From Octopus vulgaris (taxonomy: Eukaryota): 64,000 nucleotides of DNA. The notes beneath the pieces were generated by a model. That model had not been told where the DNA came from, ran no database searches, and worked only from the letters and a program-made list of their open reading frames with translations. This document shows, piece by piece, positions 40,176 to 53,850 of this stretch; within the stretch, counting starts at the first letter, position 1, and the number at the start of each line of letters is the position of its first letter. A program made the position numbers and the translations under genes. The stretch spans positions 106,144,001 through 106,208,000 of the forward strand of contig OX597822.1 of NCBI GenBank assembly GCA_951406725.2. The letters run 5' to 3'.

Positions 40176-40740
40176 TGCACTCCGTCGGTTACGACGGCGA
40201 GCGTTCCAGATGATCCGATCAACGGAACAGCTTGCTCGTGAAATTAACGTAACGTGCAAGTGGCTCAGTACTCCATAGACACGCGTACACTTAGTGAAGT
40301 TTTCAGGGAGATTTAGCATTACTCAGAATGTGACATGTCTGGCCCTTTGAATTACAGGTACTACTCATTTTTTGCCAGCTGAATGTACAGGAACAACACG
40401 AAATAAAGTGTCTTGCTCAAGGACAAAACGCGTCGCTTGGAATCGAACTCACGACCTTACAATCGTGATCTGAATACCTATTTCTTTACTACCCACAAGG
40501 AGCTAAACACAGAGGGGACAAACAAGGACAGACAAACAGATTAAGTCGATTACATCGACCCCAGTACGTAACTGGTACTTATTTAATCGACCCTAAAAGG
40601 ATGAAAGGCAAAGTCGACCTCGCCGGAATTTGAACTCAGAACGTAACGGCAGACGAAATACGACTACACATTTGTTTGGTGTGCTAACGTTTCTGCCAGC
40701 TCGCCGCCTTCTGAATACCCTTAACCGCTAAGCCACGCGC
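40176..40740 (-). mobile_element. Older modular SINE (S4-type tRNA head and CORE-like segment, S1-type 3' body), interrupted by S3
   Basis: Minus strand reads gcgcgtggcttagcggttaa..gagttcgattcc..ccttgagcaagacactttatttc..cgttaatttcacgagcaagctgttccgttgatcgg..gtaaccgacggagtgc. Confidence 0.75.
40479..40709 (-). mobile_element. SINE family S3 nested in an older SINE head
   Basis: 10-bp TSD tctgaatacc (40469-40478 / 40710-40719). Confidence 0.9.
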
Positions 40741-41207
40741 GATCACAGCTGGAATTTTTATTTCGTGTTTATATAAAATCTTTCCTTTATTTCTAAAATT
40801 GTTTAGGCGACCAACTTGCAGGATAGAGCTTCGGGAAAATGCTCTAAGGCATTCATTCCGACACTTTACTCTCAACTTCGCCTTCAGATTATTTGTGGTC
40901 AATAAAATAAATATCAGTAAAGTACTTACCAATAATTGGGAGCGATGGCCCTGTGTCAAAATTTGAAACGGTTTAGTACAGCAAGATGGCAGAATCGTTA
41001 GAGTGTAGAGAAATCTTTGCAGAATTTGTTCTGGCTCTTCACATTATTAGTTCGAATCCCGGCGAGGTCAGGTGTGCCTTTCAGCATTTGGTGATCGATA
41101 AAATAAATATCAGTCAAGTATTGTGGTCGGTGGTATCGACTAAACCCTCCCTTCAAAATTACAGGTCTTTTACATAATTAGGTATGATTAATTCTCAAAA
41201 TTGTGAA

Positions 41208-41612
41208 GGTAGCAGGAGTGACTGTGTAGTAAGTTGCTTGCTTACCAACCACATGATTCTTGGTTCAGTCCCATTGCGTGGCACCTTAGGCAAGTGGCTT
41301 CTACTATAGCCTCGGGTCGACCAAAGCCTTGTGAGTGGACTTGGTAGACGGCAACTGAAAGAAACCAGTCGTATATATGTATATATATATATGTGTGTGT
41401 GTGTGTATGTCTGTGTGTCTGTGTTTGTCCTCCGCAACATCACTTGACGACTGATGGTGGTGTGTTTACGTCCCCGTAACTTAGCGGTTCGGCAAAAGAG
41501 ACCGATAGAATAAGTACTAGGCTTACAAAGAATAAGTCCTGGGATCGATATGCTTGACTAAAGGCGATGCTCCAGCATGGCTGCAGTGAAATGACTGAAA
41601 CAAGTAAAGAGA
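41208..41612 (+). mobile_element. SINE family S2, full length
   Basis: Homologous to 37030-37444. Confidence 0.85.
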
Positions 41613-43568
41613 GTAGCCTAGTTGATGGATTCATTGGTGCCGTCAAAATGTTTTGCAGTATTGCTTCCGGCTCTTAATATTCTGAATTCAAAACTCCGCG
41701 GGGGTCAACTTTGCTTTTCGTCCCTCTGAGGTCGATAAAATAAAGTACCTGTCAACTAATGGGGGAACTGTTTAGGAATATGAGATTTTTGCTTTTAAAA
41801 CTAGAAAATACCATGGAAAAAATAGGAAATAGTATTAGCACAATTTGCAGAATATTCTTAATTGGATTCATGACAAGAAATCTTGTGATACCAGTTCCCC
41901 TGTATGTCTGAAAAATTATGTATTAGTGGGCATGCTTTACAGTTACATAGAATTTGTTTTTGCTCATTGCGCTGACCTATCATCAAAAGCGTTCCAACTA
42001 TTTCCATCTGGTCCTTTCTTCAGACACGACGTATCTTGGCTGCGTCATCTAATGCTTCCGTCACATTTCAACACGATAGGTTTCAGTTTGAGAGCTATCA
42101 GTCTTTTATTTCTAGCCGGTTAAGCGACCACATAGGGGTTCCTTCACTTGGATCACATGTTTTGATGTAGTAGAGGTTAAACAGGAGGAACAGAGAGGTG
42201 AGTATAATGGGTAGGGCTGCTGGGGGGAATGAGGACGTTTGATGTTTTGGAGGGAGTGTCAGGTTAATCGAAGTTGAGGAAAGGATAAAAGATAATCTTA
42301 TGCAATTAATTAGATAGATAGAAGTAATTACATAGAAGATATTTATAGTTTGTGTTTCTGAAAAAAAAAAGATTATTAATATTTTATTGATATTTTTAGA
42401 AAAGACGCTTCAGCATTCGATATTCGATTAAATCGATTTCAATATGTTGTTAACAGTGTTTGTTTTATCAGAACCAGGAGAGGTGAATGGTAAAGTTGAT
42501 GGTAGCAAAATTCATACACAAATCAATGAGGCAACAAATTCTATGCTATGATCTACACAATTTGGGACCCGGCTGTCTTGTTGCTTTTTACCACCGCTAT
42601 AATATGATGTTTATACGAAATGCGATAAACACATAACAGATTTGTGATTTTTCTCGTATCAGAACAGAATAAAACTAAAATCCAAAATAATACCATATAA
42701 TATAGTTTTCTTTGATTTTTTCTTCTATAAGGTCCTTAAAACGATAGCAGGCATCAAAAGACGATAAGTGTTATATAAAACTATATTATTATGTTACATA
42801 AATAGTAGCTGTCTGGCGTAGTCTACGATATGTCAAAATATGTTAATAAGAAAATGTATTTCAGCAGAAATATTTTTGAGTATCTCTGCATAAATTTATA
42901 GTAAGAGCTGTATATGTGAGCATGTATATTTCTATTGTGAAATAAATATATACTTCCATTGCAACATCATTTAATTAATACAATTAAAATATCTTCATAT
43001 ATTTTCCATGTCTTTTATACTCAGGATGAAATACGTGTGTGTGTGAATGTGTGTATGTGTATGTGTGTGTGTGTGTGTGTGCGCGATTATTTGTATTAAT
43101 TCTCTGTATGTTTTTATTGATTTGTTTTAGAATAGGAATTACTTTTCATTAATTTTTGTATATTCTAAATAAGAAAGAGCAAAATAAATGTATTAATATT
43201 TATTTTTATTACGTGAAGCGAATGGTTCTCCGCCGGTTTCAAGTCACTCTCAAGCATATTTTTTAGACTGTCACAAGGCCACATATTTCGGGAAAAGGAA
43301 CCCTCGACTATTTGGATTTCAAAGCTTGGCTGGTGTAATTTTTTAATACTCCCTGAAGGGAAAAAAAGGAGGTATACCAGGGTGGAATTTAAATTTGAAA
43401 TATAAAGCCGAAGCAGCTAAATAGGGAAGCCATGCAGTCTTTTGCTCTGCGGATTATGTTAATCCACTACCCTTTAACTATGCAACAAGCAGAGAAAAAA
43501 ATATGTTAATATAATTCAATGCATTATATTGTAAAATAACAATTAATCATTTTACTGATACAAGAGCC

Positions 43569-43825
43569 ATAAGTTCTCAGTATTGTGGTAATGTGTTTAC
43601 ACTGGATTTCTTTCTAAATATATTTCCAAAGATATTTTTTCAAAGTAATGTTGCTGATTGGCTGAATCGTTACAATCTCAGACAAAATTAATGCGGTATT
43701 TCACCCTCGGTTTTTTATGTTCTGAGTTCAAGATGGTGAGGTTGACTTTACCTTCCATCTTTTCTGGGGTCAGCAAAACAACTTACCAGTCAAGAACTGC
43801 AGTCGATTTCTCTCTCTCTATCTAC

Positions 43826-43867
<42 letters not shown>

Positions 43868-43991
43868 AACTTTCTGTCTAACTTTCTATCTATCTATCTA
43901 CCTATCTACCTATCTATCTATCTATCTCTCAGAATCAGCTTCTCTATGAAAACAACCAATTCCAAAGTATTGCAGTGGAAGAATAAAGTCG
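43569..43991 (+). repeat. Segment duplicated at 46256-47460 (degenerate S3 plus CTAT tract); empty-site version
   Basis: Direct homology on both sides of the LINE insertion in the second copy. Confidence 0.85.
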
Positions 43992-44030
43992 CCAAACTTT
44001 TGATAGAGTATGACACATAATGAGAATTAT

Positions 44031-44094
44031 TTGTTGTACTAAAATTAGTTGTTGTACTAAAATTAGTTGTTGTTCTAAAATTAGTTGTTGTACT
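44031..44094. repeat. 18-bp minisatellite (aaaattagttgttgtact), ~3.5 copies
   Basis: Seen directly. Confidence 0.9.
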
Positions 44095-44878
44095 TTATAT
44101 TTTCGGAATAAATCAGCTGTATATATTTTCTTTATATTTAGGGTTGGGTAATTAAATATATATTGATGTTGATTTAATATATACTCCACCCTTGAAAAAA
44201 GAGTTGGCTTTGTTCCTAGTACAACGAAAGCCAAGACATTTTAGCTGTATGCTAAATTGGTTGTCCTTGTTCTGATAATGATTTTATTCTTGCTGAGTTC
44301 CACATTGCTTTTGATATTTTAGGGTGAGAAAAGCAATTATTTGTAATAATATATGGCAATTGATTTCATCGACTAATATTTTTCCTCTAGAAAAATTGGC
44401 TTAGTTGCTAGTGAAAGAAATTAATTTTTCCTAAACAAAAGAGGTAGTATGTTGATTTGTCGTGTGAGAAATAGAAAGTAACGTTGGGAATAAGGTTCTT
44501 TGTCTGAGAAGAAATGGCAAAGGCTTTATCCGGAATGTTAATCAATACTTCATCATCTTATGACAGTCGAACATACAATTGTGTTTATTTCTTATTCAAT
44601 TCACGCCTATACAAGCAAACACTAGCCTACCAATTCTAGAGGTTATACTCCTGTAACATTTTCCTCCACTGTGCGAAAATTGATTGTCAAATCATCAGGT
44701 AAAAATGAATGAGGTCGCAGGTGTGAGTTCATTACGAAAAATAAATGGTTTTGTTGAAGAATAGATGATAGAAGTCTTAATCAAAATTTCTTGGAAACAA
44801 CGTAGAGGATTTTAACAATTCATGAGAATAAGAACCAACGCTGTATTTCTTTCTTAATAACCCCATCTTTATCAAGCA

Positions 44879-45276
44879 CTAGCAGTATCGCCCGGCGTTG
44901 CTCGGGTTTGTAAGGGAAATAACTATATAAGCATTTTTAGAGAGTTATAGCCAAAAAATAGCAAAACAATGCATTAAAAATGGAAAAAAAATGATGGTAA
45001 TTTTTTTTTTAAATTGTTGACGCATCGTAGACATTTTTAGAGAGTTACTTCCCTTATATAATAGCGAAAAAATGCATTAAAATGGAAAAAAATGATGGTA
45101 AATTATTTTTAAAATCGTAGACTCATCGTAGACGCGCGCTAATACCCAGAAGGGCTCGATATGAATCACAACTATAAGATACCCGGTTTCGGTTAAACTG
45201 CACCGCAAAATGTGGGAGTAGTTAGGAATCTAAATTGTAGGAGACAGACACACAACTTGACATTTATATATAAAGA
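44879..45276 (-). mobile_element. Non-autonomous Helitron
   Basis: A|TC...cccgagcaacgccggg hairpin...CTAG|T. Confidence 0.8.
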
Positions 45277-45530
45277 TTTCCAAGATATACTCAACAGATA
45301 TAACACAATGCAAGATAATGCACTTAGTTATCTGTAAACGAAAAAAAATCATGCAAATTTAGGAACTTATCATGTACCTTGCCTTTATAAAATCGCTATG
45401 GAGTTTATTTCATTTTTTTCTTTGCTTTGCGTACAAAAAGTATTTAAGAAATGTAAGCTGCTTTAAATTATCTAATTACAATCTTTCGATATTTCGATAA
45501 GATCGAAAACGTTATTGATATTATATAACA

Positions 45531-45927
45531 CTAGCAGTATCGCCCGGTATTGCTCGGGTTTGTAAGGGAAATAACTATATAAGTATTTTTAGAGATGTAA
45601 AGTATAATAGCCATCTCAATATGGCTAACCACAAAGTGGGGTGTTACTGTAGCTTTTTACGTTCTGAGATTTAATAATACATTTTTAGAGAGTTACTTCC
45701 CTTATATAATAGCAAAAAATGCATTAAAAATGGGAAAAATTGATGGTAATTTTTTTTTTTAATCGTAGACTCATCGTAGACGCGCGCTAATACCCAGAAG
45801 TGCTCGATGTGAATCACGACTATAAGATACCCGCTTTTGGTTAAACTGCACCGCAAAATGTGGGAGTAGTTAGGAATCTAAATCGTAGGAGACAGACACC
45901 ACACAACCTCACTTTTATATATATAGA
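45531..45927 (-). mobile_element. Non-autonomous Helitron, same family as 44879-45276
   Basis: Same termini; different internal module. Confidence 0.8.
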
Positions 45928-46550
45928 TTACTTGATATTTGATGCTATGATCAACATTCTAATTCTCGGTTTAGGATCGCTTGTAGTTTTTACAAACGTT
46001 ACCATTTATTTAGCCCATATAGGTCAAGTAAAGCTGAACAGTTCAGAAGTTCACTTCGCAGTCACGAGATCCTTGGTTTGATAGTATCATGGGGCATCTT
46101 GGGCAAATGTCATTTTCCACAGTCTCGAATCATCTCATACCTTGTGAGTGATATTGGGTACACGGAAACTATAAAAACCCTACAGGTGAATTGTAATCCG
46201 AAAGGAACGGTATTGTTACACACTGTATCACGCTAATTCTATTTCAGAATTAAATATAAGTTCTCAGTAATTTCTTTCTAAATATATTTCCAAAGATATT
46301 TTTCAAAGTAATGTTGCTGTTTGGCTGAATCGTTACAATCTCAGACAAACTTAATGCGGTATTTTACCCCCGGTTTTTATGTTCTGAGTTCAAAAGATGG
46401 TGAGGTTGACTTTGCCTTCCATCTTTTGCGGGGTCAGCAAAACAACTTACCAGTCAAGAACTGCAGTCGATTTCTCTCTCTCTACGTATCTATCTATCTA
46501 TCATCTACCTATCCATCTATCCATCTACCTATCTATCTATCTATCTATCT

Positions 46551-47311
46551 CAGCTGAGTCTATCGTCAATATTGTCACGCCTCCTTCCTTCAAACGGGAA
46601 GGAAAAGCTATTTTCATCATCCTTGTGGCTATGGCGAAAGAATACATCTGGTGGACGCGTCTGAAAGGATTGGAGACAAACACTTTCCTCTCTGGTCAAT
46701 CTCTCGTCAACTTCTTCAAGTACCACTTGAAAAGGAAAGTGAGAGTAGAGAGGCAAGTTTTGCTAGCGAACGTTTTAAAAAAGATGGGTGAATGTAGCAA
46801 GGATGGCACGTATGAATGACGAAGCCACCTTGAGCATAATCCTATGAACCCAGAAATTGAAAACAGAGGGTTACCCACTTGCAAACAAATGTGGTAACAT
46901 ATAACAATATTGACCAAGGTTACCGTGGTCTTTTTCGTAGGCTTTTCTTCCCACGGATAAACCTTACTTGCTTTCCCCTTTACACCATATATCATAACAC
47001 TGTGATACACGATCCCTATTGATCGTTTCTTTTTCCTCTTCCCCTTTTTTTCCCCTTTTTACTTCTTTTTTCATTTCTCTTTTCTTTTGTTCCTTTTCCT
47101 TTTCTTTTTTTTCTTTTTATTTTTTATTTTATTTTATTTATTATTTTTTTTTGTTCTTTTCTTCCCTTTTACGATCCCTCTTGATCGAAAACCTACGCCA
47201 CCCCTTTTTTTTTCTCTTTTGCTTTTTTGTTTTTTTCATCCCCCAAAAGAAAAGCTCTACCTTGTAACTCGTCCCATCTGTGTGCAGCCCTGTGTGGCCA
47301 ATAAAGAAACT
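46551..47311 (+). mobile_element. 5'-truncated Tx1/L1-like LINE 3' end inserted in (CTAT)n
   Basis: LVAMAKEYIWWTR...FFKYHLKRKVRVER ORF2-like C-terminus, T-rich 3' UTR, AATAAA at 47300, (CTAT)n on both sides. Clade assignment is tentative. Confidence 0.7.
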
Positions 47312-47317
47312 TATCTG

Positions 47318-47399
<82 letters not shown>

Positions 47400-48191
47400 A
47401 GAATCGGCTTCGCTATGAAAACAACCAATTCCACAGTATTGCAGTGGAAGAATAAAGTCGAGTACATGTGTTTGTAGAATACTAAGCCACTTATACGTTA
47501 TTCTAAGAACAAGCAACAAAATTCTGATTATCGAACGACGGAGATCCACCATTCATTATACGCATTAATGCGAGATGAACAGAAGCATCCTTGTAATTTT
47601 AATCAGCTCTTCCCATGTTATTTTAGAATGTGTCATCCACCTCAAACTCCGTGAGGATGAAATGCAAAGTCAACTTCAATGGAACTTGAACCTAAAATGT
47701 AAAATTGCATAACTAAACACCGCAAGATTTTCACTCCGAAGCTCTAACGATTCTGCAAATTCTCCCATCGTCTTGCAAGCACTAAATTTAATTGGAAGTT
47801 AATGTCTGGAAACTGAACATGTTTAGAATCTTCAAGATGGTCGCGGTATTCCTATCATCTTAAAAATGAAGGGTACATTAGATAAGGTGACGTTAGGTAA
47901 ACAAGAGCATGAAATTACCGGGTGATTTGTATGTGTTTAATCGTAAGTCTCTTTGATTGATATTAACCTGTAAATCTGTTTGATTGATACTGATGTTATT
48001 TGAAGGAAACATGAATAAATTAAAACCCAATGGAACTGGTATTAGTCTGCATCGGCAAAAATTATTGTATATATATATATATATAGAAAAGCGGAATTTC
48101 GATTATCCCCACGTGGTAAGTTGTAATGTATATATGAAATTAAAAAAAAGGAAAATACGCACACTTACATAGTTTTAATATAATTTTTAAT

Positions 48192-48226
48192 ATATCGACC
48201 GGTTTCGCTATCGCTATTCATGATAT
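48192..48226 (-). ncRNA. Minimal hammerhead motif with A3-U8 core covariation
   Basis: Minus strand reads atatc ATGAATA gc gata gc GAAA ccgg TC gatat: perfect 5-bp helix I, 2-bp helix II with tetraloop, ACCGGT palindrome. Confidence 0.6.
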
Positions 48227-48732
48227 TATGTTTTACTTATTTGAATATATATTTTTTCTTAAGAAGAAATTTGGTCCATGTTGTGTGTGATGAAATTCAC
48301 GAGTGAATTTCTAATATATATATTCGCTTAAATTTAAAGTAAATGCATACTTATTACATGAGTGAGGCTACTTATGGTCTTCTGGTTTAAACTAAAGGTA
48401 AGATATCAGATTCGAAAAATAACTATAAATGCTTTAATGATCTCTTAATACTCCTTTGCTTAGGTCTTTTATCTGTCCAGTCGTGTTACGCCATACAACC
48501 AAAGCAAATACCATCGATTTACATAAGAGGTACAGTAGACAGAACACAAGTAGTAGTAGTAGTCTCCCGCAGCACATACTATATATAATTATAACAGTTT
48601 CTTTATCATAATCGTTATCCTCCTATAACAGCTTGTTAGCTGATATCTTTGTCTATCACTTGTTCAAACCTATTTACCCACATTTATCCTTGTGTCCGTG
48701 CAAACACAGAAACACATCCTATATTTACATGC

Positions 48733-48781
<49 letters not shown>

Positions 48782-48786
48782 TATAT

Positions 48787-48880
<94 letters not shown>

Positions 48881-49183
48881 CTTCTATATTTAACTGTTCG
48901 ATAGTGTGTTGTGCTTCAATGTCTGTTCGCTTATATGCTTATTTGTTTTCCAATGTTGTTTATGAACAGAGATAAAATAAAATTATGTTATTATTCTTGC
49001 TAGCTGCACCCAGAGTTATATTAGATCAATATATTTTTATAACAATTTAGATAATGAACCGACAGGATGGTCACATAGTTTCATTAGAAATAGCATAACC
49101 TTTATTGTGAAATAAATTCAAAGATAAAGATAAAACTGTCCATATGCAAATATATATGTGCGTATAATGTGTTTATATATATG

Positions 49184-49231
<48 letters not shown>

Positions 49232-49412
49232 AACATGTATTGTGTAACGACAGCTGTAGACTGTTAATACCTTAATACCAAAAATAAAAATAATCACAAT
49301 AATCACATTTACATAAACGATAGTGACTATTTCAATAAATTGCTTTTCAAAAAACCCAGAAAATATTACATTGGGCCAAAAATACTGATTTACAAAGAAC
49401 GTGCTCATCTAT

Positions 49413-49853
49413 ACCTTAACCAGTTGAGCATGTCCCTTAGTGACTGACGATATGTGCATCTCTGATCACGAGCAGAAGTAGTGGGGGAGCATCATAGCCA
49501 CGTGTTGCGAGGAAATCTTTGGGGATGTGGATAATTCACTTCTAGAAACATGGGCGTTTTGTTTATCATCCTTAAACAATCCTTATTCAGGAACCTTTTG
49601 AGCGGGATGGTTTACTCAAACTGAATAAAATTCTAACTGGGCCCCACCTGCAAGGTCATGCTCTTTTTATCTTGATATGAGATCACCATGTCGCGCAAAT
49701 ATGGTTGTGATGCATGTGCCTATTGTACCTTTATCAGACGGGTAGTCATGATGGGTAAACTGGGCTTCATATATTTTTACTCCACTGTCAATTGGATGGC
49801 ATGCACTGCTCTCTCACTCAAGAAGAAGAAGAAGAAGAAGAAGAAGAAGAAGA
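49413..49853 (+). mobile_element. 5'-truncated copy of the 26971-27549 family with an (AAG)n tail
   Basis: Reverse-complement homology; ends ctctctcactc(aag)n. Confidence 0.75.
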
Positions 49854-50234
49854 AAAGACCATGAGCACTATACTATGCTTAACAATTGACACGTACATGC
49901 ATAATACGCACATGCGCACATACATTTTATAGTAGTTATAACGTTTATTTTATTAAGATGTATCACTCAGTAGTAAAACTTTGCTTTCCCAGTAAGCAAT
50001 TCAAGGCTGTAGATCCTTTTCCTCGCTCGATTTGAAATTCACGGCCAACTCATCATGCTGTGTTAGACAACACTTGAACCTTAAAACAAACTGACAATCT
50101 TCCTTTCAAGATGCATATTCACACTTGTTTCGCTTGATAGTCCTACTCAATTCCAGACATGCACCGAAAACAAATATTACTGCCTTTCATGGTTAGCTAA
50201 TTTAAAATTCAATCGTTTATTAAAGTTTATATAT

Positions 50235-50298
<64 letters not shown>

Positions 50299-50559
50299 AC
50301 ATGTATATGTATGTATATATATGTATGTATGTATATATATATATATATGTATGTATGTATGTGTATTATATGTATGTAAGTATGTAAGTATATATATTTG
50401 TGTGTTTGTATGTATATATATGTATATATATGCTTCTGTATGTACGTGTGTGTGTGTGCGTGCATGTATGTATATACATATATATATGGCTATTATATAT
50501 GTGTGTGTGTGTGTGTGTGTGTGCATGTCTGTATGCATATGTAACTATGTCATATGATG

Positions 50560-50806
50560 AATGTACGTAAAGGTTTTCGATGTATATCTTCCTTATTACA
50601 TTGCTGTTGCGAAGGTATTGTATTGTCTTCATATTCATGTTTTTAAAATGTCTATATTTAGAAGCAACCCCCAACAGCAAAACCGCTTCAATGACAGCGA
50701 TAAGTTCTTTCGTGCTGAAAACATTTTGCACGCATTTCAAATCAGTTTTATTGCCAATATACCGCATATTTTTTTCTCTGTATGTCTCTGAAGACATAAT
50801 AAACAC
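50560..50806 (-). mobile_element. Possible decayed piggyBac-type transposase fragment
   Basis: STKELIAVIEAVLLLGV followed in a shifted frame by FATAM..GRY resembles piggyBac EIKAFIGLLLLMG...FRATMSRNRF; no termini seen. Confidence 0.35.
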
Positions 50807-51169
50807 TTAGGTATATAAGCACATATGCACATATAAACATACATATGCGCATACGCATAATGTTACACATGCTTTCACACACTGATCAGTAGAAAACTAT
50901 AAAATTGCCGTTATTTTTATAATTTTTTTTTTTGACAGTTTTCAAACAATCTTTCAATTCAACAAGAGTTCTCTCACCTTGACCGTCGAAGTTTCAAACC
51001 ATACCCCAAAAATATGAAATATTCACAAATACGAACAGTGGCCACTGAAGCGCACCTCATTGCCTTCGTTGGCTAATGAAACCTGAGAACCAGTAACACC
51101 ACTATTACCCATCTTGTTTTTTTTATCAACATTCACTTCAATAACACAGAAAGTAGGATATTGCGCAAA

Positions 51170-51551
51170 GTGGAGGCGCAATGGCCCAGTGGTTAGGGCA
51201 GCGGACTCGCGGTCGTAGGATCGCGGTTTCGATTCCCAGACCGGGCATTGTGAGTGTTTATTGAGCGAAAACACCTAAAGCTTCACAAGGCTCCGGCAGG
51301 GATGGTGGTGATCCCTGCTGTACTCTTTCACCACAACTTTCTCTCACTCTTTCTTCCTGTTTCTGTTGTACCTGTATTTCAAAGGGCCAGCCTTGTCACA
51401 CTCTGTGTCACGCTGAATCTCCTCGAGAACTACGTTAAGGGTACACGTGTCTGTGGAATGCTCAGCCACTTGCACGTTAATTCCACGAGCAAGCTGTTCC
51501 GTTGATCGTATCAGCTGGGACCCTCATCGTCGTAACCGACGGAGTGCTCCT
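51170..51551 (+). mobile_element. tRNA-derived SINE family S1
   Basis: 12-bp TSD atattgcgcaaa. Confidence 0.9.
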
Positions 51552-51639
51552 ATATTGCGCAAAACACCAAGTTGCTGAGAATTCATCGAAACCACACACA
51601 TATATGTACCTATATGTGTACGTGAGTGTGTGTGTTTGT

Positions 51640-52036
51640 CTTAATAATCTTGCTTCTGAACCACATGGTCCATATTTCAGTCCCAGTGCGTAGCACAAGA
51701 GCCTTAACTATAGCATTGGGCCGACTAAATTGTTCTGAGTGTATTTGGTAGGCGGACAATGAAAAAAGTCCGTCGTATATGTATGTCAATTTTTTTATCC
51801 TTTTATACCTTTCAGTCGTTTGACTGCGGCAATGCTGGAGCACCACCTTGAAGGTTTTCAGTGGAATAAATCGATCCCAGGACTTTTTAAAGCCTATTAC
51901 TTATTCTATTGGTCTCTTTTGCAGAACTGCTAGGTTACGGTGATGTAAACACACCAACACCGGTTTCAAGTGGTGATGGAGATGGTGCCCCAGCATGGCC
52001 GCAGTCATGTGACCGAAACAAGTAAAAGATAAAAGA
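51640..52036. mobile_element. Rearranged S2 SINE pieces (head +, body/tail -, tail +)
   Basis: S2 head ~51640-51785, inverted 3' half ~51790-51975, second tail ~51980-52036. Confidence 0.65.
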
Positions 52037-52160
52037 TATATATGTGTGCATGTGTGTGTGTGTGTGTGTGTGCATATATGTATGATTGTATCTATGTATG
52101 TATATGTACATGTATATGTGTCTATGCATTTAATAATATGTGTATGTCTTTGATTTTACA

Positions 52161-52369
52161 CAGGGTGACTGTAAAGTCTCGGTAGGTAAAATGGGATGAT
52201 GTACGTTGAAAGCATCTGCCATCTGTCGATATGAACATCCTTCATGTCTCCTGATTAGAACCAATTCAATTCTTTCTTCTTTAGACAAACTGATATTCAA
52301 TCTGTGGAAGAAAAAAAAACAAGAATGTTATTGATATTTCCCTTTTATCCGGATTTTATGATCACCCTA
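52161..52369 (-). mobile_element. Small internally deleted Tc1/mariner-superfamily element (CAGGGTG termini)
   Basis: Imperfect TIRs cagggtgactgtaaagtctcgg / ccggattttatgatcacccta. Minus strand SLSKEERIELVLIRRHEGCSYRQMADAFNVHHP resembles a transposase N-terminal HTH. Confidence 0.6.
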
Positions 52370-52801
52370 TGTTTTATGAGTAACTATGCACATATTCTCT
52401 GTTTCAAAGAGATATGTACTGCATTCTTTTGTTGTTCAAAGATCGAAGAGGAATCATGCCAAATATCTCAAAAGTCGTTATTCAAATATCACCAAAGCCG
52501 TTTCTAGCAGGCCTAATATTGAACGCGAGCCTTATTTCATACTAACCGCCATATCACCTTTTCGCACCAGAGATGCCATTTCTTATTTCGGCGACAACTG
52601 ATTTCAACTCTACCCTGGTGAATATTCCTGGATTGGATTTCTCAACACACTGGAGAGAATCTATAATAAGCAGAAAAGAATATTTTCAAAAAATTTCAAA
52701 CTGACATATTAAAAATTCCCATAGTAAATTATTAGATTTTCTCACATACAGAAATTATCAATATTTTTGTGTGTGTTTGTGTGTGTATGTGTTAATATAT
52801 T

Positions 52802-52861
<60 letters not shown>

Positions 52862-52956
52862 GTGTGTGTATGTATGTATGTATGTATGTATGTGTATATA
52901 TATATATATGTATATATGTATGTATGTATGTATATATATGTGTATGTGTATATGTA

Positions 52957-53033
<77 letters not shown>

Positions 53034-53034
53034 G

Positions 53035-53117
<83 letters not shown>

Positions 53118-53850
53118 ATATATATATATATTATATATATATATATATATATCCCAATCTCTCTCTTTCTCTCTCCCTTTCTTTCTATATCTCTTTCTCT
53201 TTCTCCCTCTCTCTCGCTCCCCCCACCCTATTTGTCTTTCTTTCACACTCTCTCTTTCTCTCTTTCTATATCTTCCTTAATTTCTTTTTGCTTTTATTTT
53301 TCTTTTATATTTCCAAAGCTAAGAATATCTTAGCATGTTAGTTCCGAGCAGTCCAAGACACAAACTCTATACTAATGAAATTAGCAACGTTCGTAAAGTT
53401 TACTTAAGTCAATGTTTTTCGAGTACTGGTTGGATTTGGTTCGTGTAAAGGAAGTAATTGAGCCAAAACTTGATTGGTAAAGAATTGACTAAAAGAAAGA
53501 GATATGGCGGGCGGAGGGAAGCGAAGCAATGTTTGTAAATTTGATTACAACTCATATTTGGCACATGGATGTGAAGGTTACATAACCTTCATTGTTTTTA
53601 TGTCAACTTTCATTTTCCTCTTAGAAATAATTCATTGAAAGAACCGCAGATGGCTGATACAATTGAAGTGCTGAAAGACAAACCCAGAAGTCTGTGTTTT
53701 GTCACCAATGGTGTGTTGAGTTCAATATCAATTTACTCTCAACGGCAGTCCGCCTCGTTGCAAAGTTACATTTAAAAAGAGTAGTATTGATCATCGTTGA
53801 AAGTAATATAAAATTTAAGGGTATTTTATTTATAAGTTTATAAGTTTCAT

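Noticed and set aside
50366-50806. IGNKTDL resembling a small-GTPase G4 motif, and a possible extra + strand exon after ttAG at ~50661
   Set aside because: No other G motifs; the candidate exon has no donor in a phase compatible with exon D; a transposase relic fits better.
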